Source: Biostraticola tofi
Lineage (GTDB): Bacteria > Pseudomonadota > Gammaproteobacteria > Enterobacterales > Enterobacteriaceae
Assembly: GCF_004343195.1 (NCBI RefSeq)
Contig: NZ_SMCR01000008.1
Coordinates: forward strand, 99,353-131,352
Reading direction: 5' to 3'
Length of the DNA stretch: 32,000 nt
This document shows, piece by piece, positions 9,585-18,015 of the stretch. A program made the translations under genes and the position numbers. A model generated the notes under the pieces. The model worked only from the letters and a program-made list of their open reading frames with translations. It searched no databases and was not told where the DNA came from. The stretch's first letter is position 1. The number at the start of each line of letters is the position of its first letter.

Positions 9585-10562
9585 TTACCTCTCAGCCTCG
9601 TGCCGCAGTTGTGACATGACCTGCTTATGATGCTCGGGACCGAGCCAGCTGAATTCGGTCAGCATGGCGGCGGCGACCTGCTGCACGGCGTCGATCAGCA
9701 ACAGCACCGCCGGCCGGATCGGCTTGCCCTGCGGGGTAACGATACCGAAATAATAAGGGATATCGATGTCCAGCTCGCGCACCGCCACGCCGGCCACCGG
9801 CACGCCATAGGCGGTGATCGGCTCAACGATAGCAACCCCCAGCCCGGCGCGCACGCAGGACAGAATATTGACTGACGAGTTGGTCTCTACCGCATGCTTC
9901 AGGTTGAGATGGCTGTTTTTCAGCGACCGCTCAAACCGATGCCGTAACCGGTAAGGATGATAGGGGCTGATAAGCGGCCGATCGGCCAACGACGCCAGAC
10001 TGACTGGATTGTCCGCCGCCAGCGGATCATCCTGGTTGACCACCAGCACGCAGCGTGACTTGCCGATCCCATGCAGCGTTACGCCGCTGTGCTCCAGCGG
10101 CAGACTGCAAATGCCTATCTCGGCGACGCCATTTATCACCGCATGCATGGTCTGCTCAGCCGAATCATTTAGCAAATGGACCGGCTGATCGGTGTTTACC
10201 CGTTTTAACGCTGCGGGCACCAGGCCTGAAGCCATGGCCGAAGTACAGGCGATAATCAGCGGGCTTTGCTCTTCCCGGCCGATTTCCAGGGCTCGCTGAT
10301 TGATCTGATGCAAGGCTATCAATGCATGCTCGACATATTCATGCAGGCGCAACGCCTGACTGGTCGGGCGGATCCGCGGACCGCTGCGGGTGAACAGCGA
10401 ATAACCGATTGCCATTTCCAGCTCCTGGATCATTCGAGTCACACTGGGCTGGGATCGGTTCAGGGCACGGGCCGCCGCTGTTACGCCACCGTGTTTGATA
10501 ACCGATGAAAATGCTTCCAGTTGGCGAATGTCCATATCACTGAGGGCAGGTAATTTGCTCAT
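9585..10562 (-). CDS. LysR-family transcriptional regulator
   Basis: N-terminal wHTH MDIRQLEAFSSVIKHGGVTAAARALNRSQPSVTRMIQELE followed by an approximately 200 aa substrate-binding-like domain. Divergent from the operon starting at 10813. An alternative start at ATG 10535 (MDIRQL...) is equally plausible. Confidence 0.9.
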   Translation of the reverse strand: MSKLPALSDMDIRQLEAFSSVIKHGGVTAAARALNRSQPSVTRMIQELEMAIGYSLFTRSGPRIRPTSQALRLHEYVEHALIALHQINQRALEIGREEQSPLIIACTSAMASGLVPAALKRVNTDQPVHLLNDSAEQTMHAVINGVAEIGICSLPLEHSGVTLHGIGKSRCVLVVNQDDPLAADNPVSLASLADRPLISPYHPYRLRHRFERSLKNSHLNLKHAVETNSSVNILSCVRAGLGVAIVEPITAYGVPVAGVAVRELDIDIPYYFGIVTPQGKPIRPAVLLLIDAVQQVAAAMLTEFSWLGPEHHKQVMSQLRHEAER

Positions 10563-10812
10563 GATGCTTTTTCTGTGCCTCTGGCAGTGTCAACGGCCCA
10601 ACGTTAGCACAGATTTGAGCTAACGCCAGGCCTGGTGCAACAAGAAACCCCGGTGTTGGTGCAACAGTCATCGCTTGCATTTTGTGCATAAGCTAATCAT
10701 GATTAATTATTATAAATACGAATCAATACTAGATCATAATGTGATTTATGGATAGTAGGATTATCCTGCCATCTACCCCAAGCCGTCGCCCGGATTATCA
10801 CGAGGAAAGCCC

Positions 10813-12489
10813 ATGACAGCCAGAGATCCAAACCATAACCCGGGGCTGGCTGCCCTTGAGCAGCGTCTGGCTGAAGAAATGAATTTGCTGGAGTTACCGG
10901 CGAAACCTTGGCGGGTCAGTCGCCAACAGGTTAAGCCGCCCATCCTGGATGTGGCCATTATCGGTGCAGGGCTGTGTGGCCTGACGGCGGCGGCGGCGCT
11001 CAAGCTGCAGGGGATCGACAATGTACTTTGCCTGGATCGGGCGCCGGCCGGCCGGGAAGGTCCGTGGCTGACTTATGCTCGAATGGCAACGCTGCGCACC
11101 CGTAAAGAAGCGGCCGGCCCGGCGCTCGGCATACCTTCGCTGACTTTCCGCGCCTGGTTTGAGGCCTGCTACGGTCGTCAGGCCTGGTTTGCGATGCCGT
11201 TGATTCCGCGCCAGCGCTTTATGGAGTATCTGGTTTGGTACCGCCAGGTACTGGCGCTGCCGGTGATTAATGACGCCACGGTGACACGGGTTGAACCGCA
11301 GGCCAATGGATTGATTGACATTTATTGGCGTTCGCCTGTCGGCGAAGCACGGCGAGTCGCGCGGCGGGTGGTGATTGCCACCGGCCTGGATGGACTGGGC
11401 GCGCCGCAGTTGCCTTCGCTGGCTGCAGGGCTGCCGGCAAGCCTGATGGCCCACGGGGCGGATGATATTGCCATGCCGTTGCTGGCGGGCAAACGAGTGG
11501 CGGTCGTCGGCGCCGGCGCGTCGGCGATGGATAATGCCGCCGCAGCGCTGGAGGCAGGCGCTGCACGAGTGGATATTTTTATTCGTCGTGAGAGCATCCC
11601 GCGCATTGATAAATTCACCGGCATCGGTAGCCAGGGCATGGTACAGGGCTACATTGGGCTGCCGGATGAGCTTAAATGGACGCTAATGTTCGAAGGCGAG
11701 CAGGCACAGATCCCCCCGCCGCGACACAGCGTACTGCGGGTATCGGCCCATAGCCGCGCATATTTCCATCTGAACAGCCCACTGCTGTCCCTGCGCCCTT
11801 GCACTGATGCTGATGCTGGTGCTGATATCAATGCTGGTGCTGATATTAATGCTGGTGCTGATATCAATGCTGGTGCTGATATCAATGCTGGTGCTGATAT
11901 CAATGCTGATGCTGATATCAATGCTGGTGCTGATATCAATGCTGATGCTGATATCTATGCTAAAGCGCGTACTCACGCCAGTACCCGCGCGGATGTCAGC
12001 ACGCATGCAGGTGCAATAGAGGTTACCACCGCCAAAGGTCGCTGGCTGGCGGATTTCATCATTTTTGCCACCGGGTTCAAAGTGGATTTCGACGCCCGGC
12101 CTGAGTTCTCCCCGCTGCGGGATAGAATTCGCCTGTGGCGGCACAGTTATCAGCCGCCGGCCGGACAGCAGCACTCCGGTCTGGCGAATTCGCCATACCT
12201 GGGCGAACACTTCGAACTGCTGCCGCGCCCCGGACGGGAAGCCCAGGATGCGGTTATCAGCAATCTGTACTGCTTCGCTTATCCGGCGGTGATGTCCCAC
12301 GGCAAAATAACCAGCGGTATTCCTTCGATCAGTGAAGGCGCCCTTCGGCTGGCGCGCGGCATTACCCGTTCATTATTTGTTGAAGACGGCCAATACTACC
12401 TGGACCGCTTCCGCGCCTACGATACGCCGGAATTGCTCGGCGATGAATGGCGTGACGCCGACCAGCAACAGGAGTTTTTTAGTGTCTGA
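10813..12489 (+). CDS. FAD/NAD(P)-binding oxidoreductase, class B flavoprotein monooxygenase-like, with internal tandem-repeat insert
   Basis: Two dinucleotide-binding motifs (VAIIGAGLCGLTAA and VAVVGAGASAMDNA) plus an FATGF motif downstream. AGGAA Shine-Dalgarno 5 nt before the ATG. The reading frame stays open through the repeat and conserved motifs resume after it. Confidence 0.8.
   Translation: MTARDPNHNPGLAALEQRLAEEMNLLELPAKPWRVSRQQVKPPILDVAIIGAGLCGLTAAAALKLQGIDNVLCLDRAPAGREGPWLTYARMATLRTRKEAAGPALGIPSLTFRAWFEACYGRQAWFAMPLIPRQRFMEYLVWYRQVLALPVINDATVTRVEPQANGLIDIYWRSPVGEARRVARRVVIATGLDGLGAPQLPSLAAGLPASLMAHGADDIAMPLLAGKRVAVVGAGASAMDNAAAALEAGAARVDIFIRRESIPRIDKFTGIGSQGMVQGYIGLPDELKWTLMFEGEQAQIPPPRHSVLRVSAHSRAYFHLNSPLLSLRPCTDADAGADINAGADINAGADINAGADINAGADINADADINAGADINADADIYAKARTHASTRADVSTHAGAIEVTTAKGRWLADFIIFATGFKVDFDARPEFSPLRDRIRLWRHSYQPPAGQQHSGLANSPYLGEHFELLPRPGREAQDAVISNLYCFAYPAVMSHGKITSGIPSISEGALRLARGITRSLFVEDGQYYLDRFRAYDTPELLGDEWRDADQQQEFFSV
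11806..11958 (+). repeat. In-frame 18-bp tandem repeat (about 8.5 copies) encoding (ADINA[G/D])n
   Basis: The unit GCTGATATCAATGCTGGT is repeated with only three substitutions (one ATC to ATT, two GGT to GAT). It translates to DADAG-ADINAG x4-ADINAD-ADINAG-ADINAD-ADIYAK inside the flavoprotein CDS. Confidence 0.97.
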
Positions 12490-13126
12490 TAACGCTTTAC
12501 GTCCGCTGCACATTTTCTATGGCATGTCATCCCCCTGGGCCTATCTGGGCAGCAACCGGGCGCTGTCTATTGCCCGGCAGGCCGGCGTGCCGGTCGTTTT
12601 GCGGCCGATCCGCATTATCGAGCCCAACGGCGGTATTCCCTTACGTACCCGCCCCAAAGCGCGCCAGGATTACCACCGGGTCGAACTCAGCCGCTGGAGC
12701 GAATTTCTTGCTATCCCGCTTAATCTGACGCCGCGTTATTACCCGTGTCGCAGCATTGAACCTGCGGCGCAGGCGGTTATTGCCGCTCAGCGCGCCGGAC
12801 TGGACGCGCCGGCATTTTCTTTTGCCATTCAACGGGCTCTGTGGGCGGAAGACCGTGATATTGCTTCGGTAGCAGTGCTGCAAGAGCTGGCCCACCTGAC
12901 GCTGGGCAGCGCCGGCAGCGAATTGATGCGCCAGCCACCGGCGGCTGAAGTGGTCGGGGAATGGCAGGACAATCTGGCCGAAGCCGAACGGCGCGGCATT
13001 TTTGGTACCCCAACCTATGTGGTGGATGATGAGCTGTTCTGGGGACAGGATCGTCTTGATTTTGTCGCCCGGGCTTTAGCCGCTCAGCGCTCTGCCTATG
13101 CTGAATCTTCTGGAGAAAAGTCATGA
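12482..13126 (+). CDS. DsbA-like thioredoxin-fold protein, 2-hydroxychromene-2-carboxylate isomerase / kappa-GST family
   Basis: HIFYGMSSPWAYLGS near the N-terminus and GIFGTPTYVVDDELFWGQDRLDFV near the C-terminus are the family hallmarks as I recall them. I place the start at GTG 12482, with AGGAG at 12470-12474 (7-nt spacer) and an 8-nt overlap with the upstream stop. The ORF-track start at 12332 overlaps the flavoprotein gene. Confidence 0.8.
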   Translation: MSDNALRPLHIFYGMSSPWAYLGSNRALSIARQAGVPVVLRPIRIIEPNGGIPLRTRPKARQDYHRVELSRWSEFLAIPLNLTPRYYPCRSIEPAAQAVIAAQRAGLDAPAFSFAIQRALWAEDRDIASVAVLQELAHLTLGSAGSELMRQPPAAEVVGEWQDNLAEAERRGIFGTPTYVVDDELFWGQDRLDFVARALAAQRSAYAESSGEKS

Positions 13127-14124
13127 ACGCCAACCTGCTACATCAGCAGTCGATTGTTATCGATGGCCTGCAAACCTGTGACTGGAGCCGGTCAATCTTC
13201 GAAGAAATGCGCGCTGGCGGCGTTACCGCCGTCAACTGCGCTTCGCTGTTATGGGAAAATTTTCACGAAGGCATCGGCTATGTCGCGCAATGGAAGCGCT
13301 TTTTGCGCGAGAATGACGATCTCATCCGTCCGGTGCGCAGCGTAGCGGATATTCATGCCGCCAAACGGGAAAACCGCACCGGTATTATTATCGGCTGGCA
13401 AAATACCTCGCCGCTGGAAGACAAGCTGGAGTACCTGGAGATTTTCAAAGATTTGGGGGTCAACATGATGCAGTTGACCTACAACACCCAGAACTACTCC
13501 GGCGCCGGCTATCTGGAAGAGCGCGACAGCGGCCTGACCGGATTCGGCCGTGAAGTACTGGCAGAAATGAACCGCGTCGGCGTGCTGTGCGATTTAAGCC
13601 ACGTCGGTGAAACCACCGCCGCCGATGTCATTAACCTGTCGCGCGCACCGGTATGTATTTCCCATGTGCTGCCCCGTGCGCTTAAAGATGTCAAGCGCAA
13701 TAAACCAGATGAACTGCTGCTGGGCTGCGCCCGTCAAGGCGGTTTAATCGGCATCAGCCTGTTCGCGCCCGGCCTGAAGGCCGGCAACGAGGCCACGGTA
13801 GATGATTACCTAGATGCCATGAGCTATGTTATTGAACTGGTGGGTGAAGATCATGTGGGCATCGGTACCGACTTTTCACAGGACCGCCCCCGTCCAGGTC
13901 CCTGGCTGCTGTGGGCCAATCGCGATAAAGGTAGCGCCCGTAAGCTGACCGAATTTGGTTCGGTAAAAATCAGCAAGCCGCAGGGCATCGCGCGTATCCG
14001 CGAATTCCCTCATCTGACCGAACGTATGATCGCCCGGGGCTGGAGTCACCGCTTGATTGCTAAATTGCTGGGCGGAAACTGGCTACGAGTGATGGAAACC
14101 GCCTGGCAACCCGCCGGCCACTGA
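13123..14124 (+). CDS. Peptidase M19 (renal/membrane dipeptidase) family homologue, divergent metal site
   Basis: Alignable by eye to human DPEP1 blocks: VIDGLQTCDW vs VIDGHNDLPW, IIGWQNTS vs LIGVEGGHS, CDLSHVG vs IDLAHVS, CISHV vs IFSHS, GIGTDFSQD vs GFGGDFDG. ATGA overlap with the upstream gene, with GGAGA Shine-Dalgarno. Confidence 0.8.
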   Translation: MNANLLHQQSIVIDGLQTCDWSRSIFEEMRAGGVTAVNCASLLWENFHEGIGYVAQWKRFLRENDDLIRPVRSVADIHAAKRENRTGIIIGWQNTSPLEDKLEYLEIFKDLGVNMMQLTYNTQNYSGAGYLEERDSGLTGFGREVLAEMNRVGVLCDLSHVGETTAADVINLSRAPVCISHVLPRALKDVKRNKPDELLLGCARQGGLIGISLFAPGLKAGNEATVDDYLDAMSYVIELVGEDHVGIGTDFSQDRPRPGPWLLWANRDKGSARKLTEFGSVKISKPQGIARIREFPHLTERMIARGWSHRLIAKLLGGNWLRVMETAWQPAGH

Positions 14125-14140
14125 TCCTGGAGAGACAACA

Positions 14141-15205
14141 ATGACAACCCGCATTCTTAGCCACCGCCCCTTCATCGGCTGCCTTCTAGCCGGGCTGCTG
14201 GCCGGCAGTGGCGTTCCGGCGCTGGCGGCCGAAACCGGCACCGTCAACATAGTCGGTTTTTCAGGGGTGTTTGCCGATAACTACCAAAAATTCGTTATCG
14301 ATCCGTTTGTCGCTAAACACCCCGGTATTACCGTTAATTATCAGCCCAGTAAGAACTCCGCCGAATCGCTGGCGCTGTTGACCCTGCAGCGCGGCGCTCC
14401 CCGAGTGGATGTGGCGCTGATTGATGTGTCGGTGGCGATCCGCGCCAATAAGCAGGGGTTGTTCGCCCCGCTGGACGCCGAAAAGGTGCCCAATCTCGCC
14501 CAAAGTCCCGACTGGGCGCGGCTGGACCAGGACCGTAGCGTGGCCTTCTCGCAGGATAACCTGGCGATTTTATACAACACCGACGCGGTAAAGCAGCCTC
14601 CCACCAGCTGGAACGACCTGACCAACGCTAAATACAAGGGCAAAATCGCCGCTCCCCTGGCCGATACCCGCGGCGTGACGCTAATTCCGATCCTGGCGAG
14701 ATTGCATGAGGCTGATTATAAAAAAGATATCGAACCGGCAATGGAGACGCTTAAGCAAATAGCGCCCAACGTATCCACCTGGGAACCGGCACCGGACTGC
14801 TATGGGGTTATCCAGAGCGGTGAAGCGGATCTGGCTATCTGCTGGAACGGCCGTGCCCAGTACCTGCACGACCTGCAGGGAGGCAAAATCGGTATTGCGC
14901 TGCCTGAAGAGGGCAGTATCGGACAAATCAATACCATCAGCCTGGTGAAGGGGTCTAAAAATAGCGAAGCGGCGCAGGACTTTATCAACTACGCCTTGAG
15001 CAGCGAGGCGCAGGGGGCGTTTGCCGAGAAAAGTTTTTATGCCCCGGTCAATGCCAGCGTGAAACTGACCGATGCGGTGGCGGCGCGTATTTATGGCAGC
15101 CCGCAGGCGCAGGCTAAACAGATGAACCTGGACTGGCCGTGGGTTTCGACCCAGTATTCTGCCTGGATCCAGCGTATACGCCGCGATGTTATCGCCGCCA
15201 ATTGA
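14141..15205 (+). CDS. ABC transporter periplasmic substrate-binding protein (PotD/PotF-like, family 1)
   Basis: Signal peptide ending ...GVPALA/AE. Overall PotD-type pattern (NIVGFSG..., KYKGKIA, ICWNGRAQ). First of four adjacent ABC importer genes. Confidence 0.85.
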   Translation: MTTRILSHRPFIGCLLAGLLAGSGVPALAAETGTVNIVGFSGVFADNYQKFVIDPFVAKHPGITVNYQPSKNSAESLALLTLQRGAPRVDVALIDVSVAIRANKQGLFAPLDAEKVPNLAQSPDWARLDQDRSVAFSQDNLAILYNTDAVKQPPTSWNDLTNAKYKGKIAAPLADTRGVTLIPILARLHEADYKKDIEPAMETLKQIAPNVSTWEPAPDCYGVIQSGEADLAICWNGRAQYLHDLQGGKIGIALPEEGSIGQINTISLVKGSKNSEAAQDFINYALSSEAQGAFAEKSFYAPVNASVKLTDAVAARIYGSPQAQAKQMNLDWPWVSTQYSAWIQRIRRDVIAAN

Positions 15206-15226
15206 TAGAGAGTAAATGGGAAGGCT

Positions 15227-16294
15227 ATGTCTGATTTTCACGTAGGGGTAAGCGGTCTGGTCAAAGTCTATCCGGGCGCCACGGCACCGGCGGTGGATAA
15301 TGTCACTTTTTCGCTGCCGCGCGGCGAAATGCTGGCACTGCTCGGGCCTTCTGGCTGCGGCAAGACCACCATTCTGCGTATGATTGCCGGCCTGGTAGAC
15401 CCGACTGCCGGCGAAATCGTGCTTAATGGTCGCTCGATAGCCGCCATTCCGGTACATAAACGCAATATCGGCATGGTATTCCAGGCCTATGCGCTGTTCC
15501 CCCATATGAGCATCGCCGAAAATATCGCCTTTGGCCTGGAGATGCGCGGCGTCGATCGCAGCGAGCGCGACCAGCGGGTCCGGCGGGCGCTGGACCTGGT
15601 CAAACTGTCAGGGCTGGGCGAACGGAGAGTCAGTCAGTTATCCGGCGGCCAGCAGCAGCGCGCCGCCATCGCGCGGTCGCTGGTGATCGACCCCGAACTG
15701 CTGCTATTTGATGAACCGCTGTCCAACCTTGATGCCAAGCTGCGTGATGAAATGCGCGACGAAATCCGCGATATCCAGGCCCGGACCGGCGTCACCGCCA
15801 TCTTTGTCACCCATGATCAGGAGGAGGCGCTGTCGATGGCCGATCGGCTGGTGGTCATGTCCAATGGCAAAGTGGAGCAGATCGGCACGCCGGGTGATAT
15901 TTTCGACCGGCCGGCCACCGGGTTCGTCGCCCGCTTTATCGGCTCGGGCAACTTCTTTCCGGCCCGGGTCAGCGATAAACCGGGCCTGCTTGAGGTCCAG
16001 GGGCTGGGCCGGCTCAAGGCCAGCCAGCCGCTGCCTGCCTCTGGCCTGGCGGAGATACTGATCCGGCCGCACCGGCTCACCCTGGCAACAGCCGCCGCCG
16101 ACAACCATTTTACCGGTACCGTGGAGCATATTGTCTATCGCGGGCAGGTCCAGAGCATGACGGTGCGGTGCGGTGAGCAACGTTTACAGGCCGATCTGTT
16201 TACCCACGCCGGTCAATTGCCGCAAATCGGCGACCGGGTCAGTCTGGCGGTGGCGGCAGAGGATATCACCCTTATCGGCAAGGCGGACTTATGA
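15227..16294 (+). CDS. ABC transporter ATP-binding protein (PotA/MalK-like with C-terminal regulatory/TOBE-like domain)
   Basis: Walker A GPSGCGKTT, Q-loop, signature LSGGQQQR, Walker B LLLFDEPLSNLD, H-loop FVTHDQ. Confidence 0.93.
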   Translation: MSDFHVGVSGLVKVYPGATAPAVDNVTFSLPRGEMLALLGPSGCGKTTILRMIAGLVDPTAGEIVLNGRSIAAIPVHKRNIGMVFQAYALFPHMSIAENIAFGLEMRGVDRSERDQRVRRALDLVKLSGLGERRVSQLSGGQQQRAAIARSLVIDPELLLFDEPLSNLDAKLRDEMRDEIRDIQARTGVTAIFVTHDQEEALSMADRLVVMSNGKVEQIGTPGDIFDRPATGFVARFIGSGNFFPARVSDKPGLLEVQGLGRLKASQPLPASGLAEILIRPHRLTLATAAADNHFTGTVEHIVYRGQVQSMTVRCGEQRLQADLFTHAGQLPQIGDRVSLAVAAEDITLIGKADL

Positions 16295-17157
16295 CCAGAG
16301 CCGCACCCGCCGCATCGAGGGGCAAAGGTATGCTGCTGCTCCTGCTGCTGCCCGGCCTGCTGGCGATGAGCGTCACTTTTTTCGCGCCCATGCTGTGGCT
16401 GATACGCGCTTCCTTTTCCAGCTCGGCATTTGAGGCCGCCAGCGGCGCCGATTGGACACTGGATGCCTATCGGGCCGCGCTGCTGGATCCTTTTTACTGG
16501 CGGGTGGCGGGCAATACGCTGGTGCTTGGACTGACGGTCAGCCTGGCCGCAGTGGTGCTTTCCTACCCGATAGCGCTGTTTCTGGCGCGCAGCAACAGCC
16601 GCTGGCGCGGGCTGCTGACCGCACTGGCGGTCGCCCCGCTGCTGACCTCGGCGGTGGTCCGCACCTACGGTTGGATGGTACTGCTCAGCGACAAAGGGGT
16701 GATCAACAGCCTGCTGATGTCCTGGGCATGGATTAGCGCACCGCTTAAGCTTACCAACAACAGTTTTGGCGCAACGGTGGCGCTGGTGGAAATCCTGATG
16801 CCTTACGCCATTCTGGCGATGCTCAGCGGCTTTGGCCGCCTCAACCGGCAACTGGAGGAGGCGGCAGCCATGCTGGGCGCCAGCCGACCGCGGATATTCT
16901 GGCGCATCATACTGCCGCTCAGCCTGCCGGGCGTGCTTACCGCCGCCCTGCTGGTGTTCGTGCTGGCGATTTCATCGTTTGTGACCCCAAGGCTAATGGG
17001 CGGCGGACGCGTGTTCGTATTGGGTACCGAAGTGTTCAGCGAAGCCACGGTCACCCTGAACTGGCCCCTGGCGGCGGCGCTGTCGGTAGTACTGCTGGTG
17101 CTGTTCAGCAGCATCATTTTCCTCTATCAGCGCGCACTGCGGACGCTGGAAACCTGA
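16291..17157 (+). CDS. ABC transporter permease (PotB-like)
   Basis: ATGA overlap with the ATPase gene. Multi-pass hydrophobic protein with an EAA-like loop (EEAAAMLGASRPRIFWRIILP). Confidence 0.87.
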   Translation: MTRAAPAASRGKGMLLLLLLPGLLAMSVTFFAPMLWLIRASFSSSAFEAASGADWTLDAYRAALLDPFYWRVAGNTLVLGLTVSLAAVVLSYPIALFLARSNSRWRGLLTALAVAPLLTSAVVRTYGWMVLLSDKGVINSLLMSWAWISAPLKLTNNSFGATVALVEILMPYAILAMLSGFGRLNRQLEEAAAMLGASRPRIFWRIILPLSLPGVLTAALLVFVLAISSFVTPRLMGGGRVFVLGTEVFSEATVTLNWPLAAALSVVLLVLFSSIIFLYQRALRTLET

Positions 17158-17165
17158 GGCCCGCT

Positions 17166-17963
17166 ATGCAACCTGTCCAAAATTTACTCGGCAATACCGC
17201 ATGGAAAGTGCTGATTGCCCTGCTGTATCTGTTTTTACTGGCGCCGATTATCGTGGTGGTGATCATTTCCTTCGATACCCGGCAATATCTGGCCTTCCCG
17301 CCGGCCAGTTATTCGTTCGGCTCGTATAGCAAGGTATTCCATAATGCCGAGTTTATCGCTGCCTTTGGCCGCAGCCTGGCGATTGGCGCAGCCGTCGGCA
17401 TTATGGCGGTGGGGTTCGGCGTATTGCTGTCGCTGTGCCTGACCCGTTATCGCTTCCGTGGCCGGGATAGCCTGTCATTTTTGGTGGTGGCGCCGTTCCT
17501 GGTGCCGCATATTGTGTTAGCGGTCGGCATCATGCTGGTGCTGGCGCCGCTCAATTTGCTGGACAGCTATACCGGCATTATCCTGGCGCACCTCGGCATT
17601 ACCCTGCCCTACACGGTGCGCACCATTTCCATGAGCCTACTGGCGGTGGATCTGCGCCTGGAGGAGGCGGCCCGGGTGCATGGCGCTTCGCCGGTCCAGG
17701 TATTCCGGCGCATTACCCTGCCATTGATCCGTCCCGGCATGATCGCCGGCGCGGTGATCGCCTTTCTAATTTCGTTTGATGAGGCGACCATTTCATTATT
17801 TATTGTGTCCACTAAAGTCTCGACGCTACCGACCCAGATTTATCACTATCTGGAATATGCCACCGATCCGCAGATCGCCGCCCTGTCGGTGCTGCTGATC
17901 TTGATATCGGTGGCGGTGGTAGTGGTGCTGGAGAAACTGGTGGGATTACGTAAAGCGCTGTGA
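17166..17963 (+). CDS. ABC transporter permease (PotC-like)
   Basis: Multi-pass hydrophobic protein with an EAA loop (EEAARVHGASPVQVFRRITLPLIRPG). Starts 8 nt after the upstream permease gene. Confidence 0.87.
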   Translation: MQPVQNLLGNTAWKVLIALLYLFLLAPIIVVVIISFDTRQYLAFPPASYSFGSYSKVFHNAEFIAAFGRSLAIGAAVGIMAVGFGVLLSLCLTRYRFRGRDSLSFLVVAPFLVPHIVLAVGIMLVLAPLNLLDSYTGIILAHLGITLPYTVRTISMSLLAVDLRLEEAARVHGASPVQVFRRITLPLIRPGMIAGAVIAFLISFDEATISLFIVSTKVSTLPTQIYHYLEYATDPQIAALSVLLILISVAVVVVLEKLVGLRKAL

Positions 17964-18015
17964 GGCGCTGTTTCCGGCTGCCGTGCCGGCAGGCGGCGTG
18001 CCATTGGGAGTATCA

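Noticed and set aside
11807-12019. ORFs MLMLVLISMLVLI... (+) and ...ISAPALISAPALIS... (11649-11939, -) as repeat-containing small proteins
   Set aside because: They are alternative-frame readings of the 18-bp repeat. The frame carrying flanking conserved flavoprotein motifs is the real one.
12332-12481. ORF-track N-terminal extension of the HCCA-isomerase-like gene
   Set aside because: It overlaps the flavoprotein C-terminus by 150 nt. A GTG at 12482 with an AGGAG Shine-Dalgarno gives the family-typical N-terminus. Similar over-extensions were trimmed for wecF (24964-25074), wecE (27343-27426), rffH (28911-28940), rffG (30054-30083), the esterase (17983-18015) and the 737-aa protein (6481-6531).
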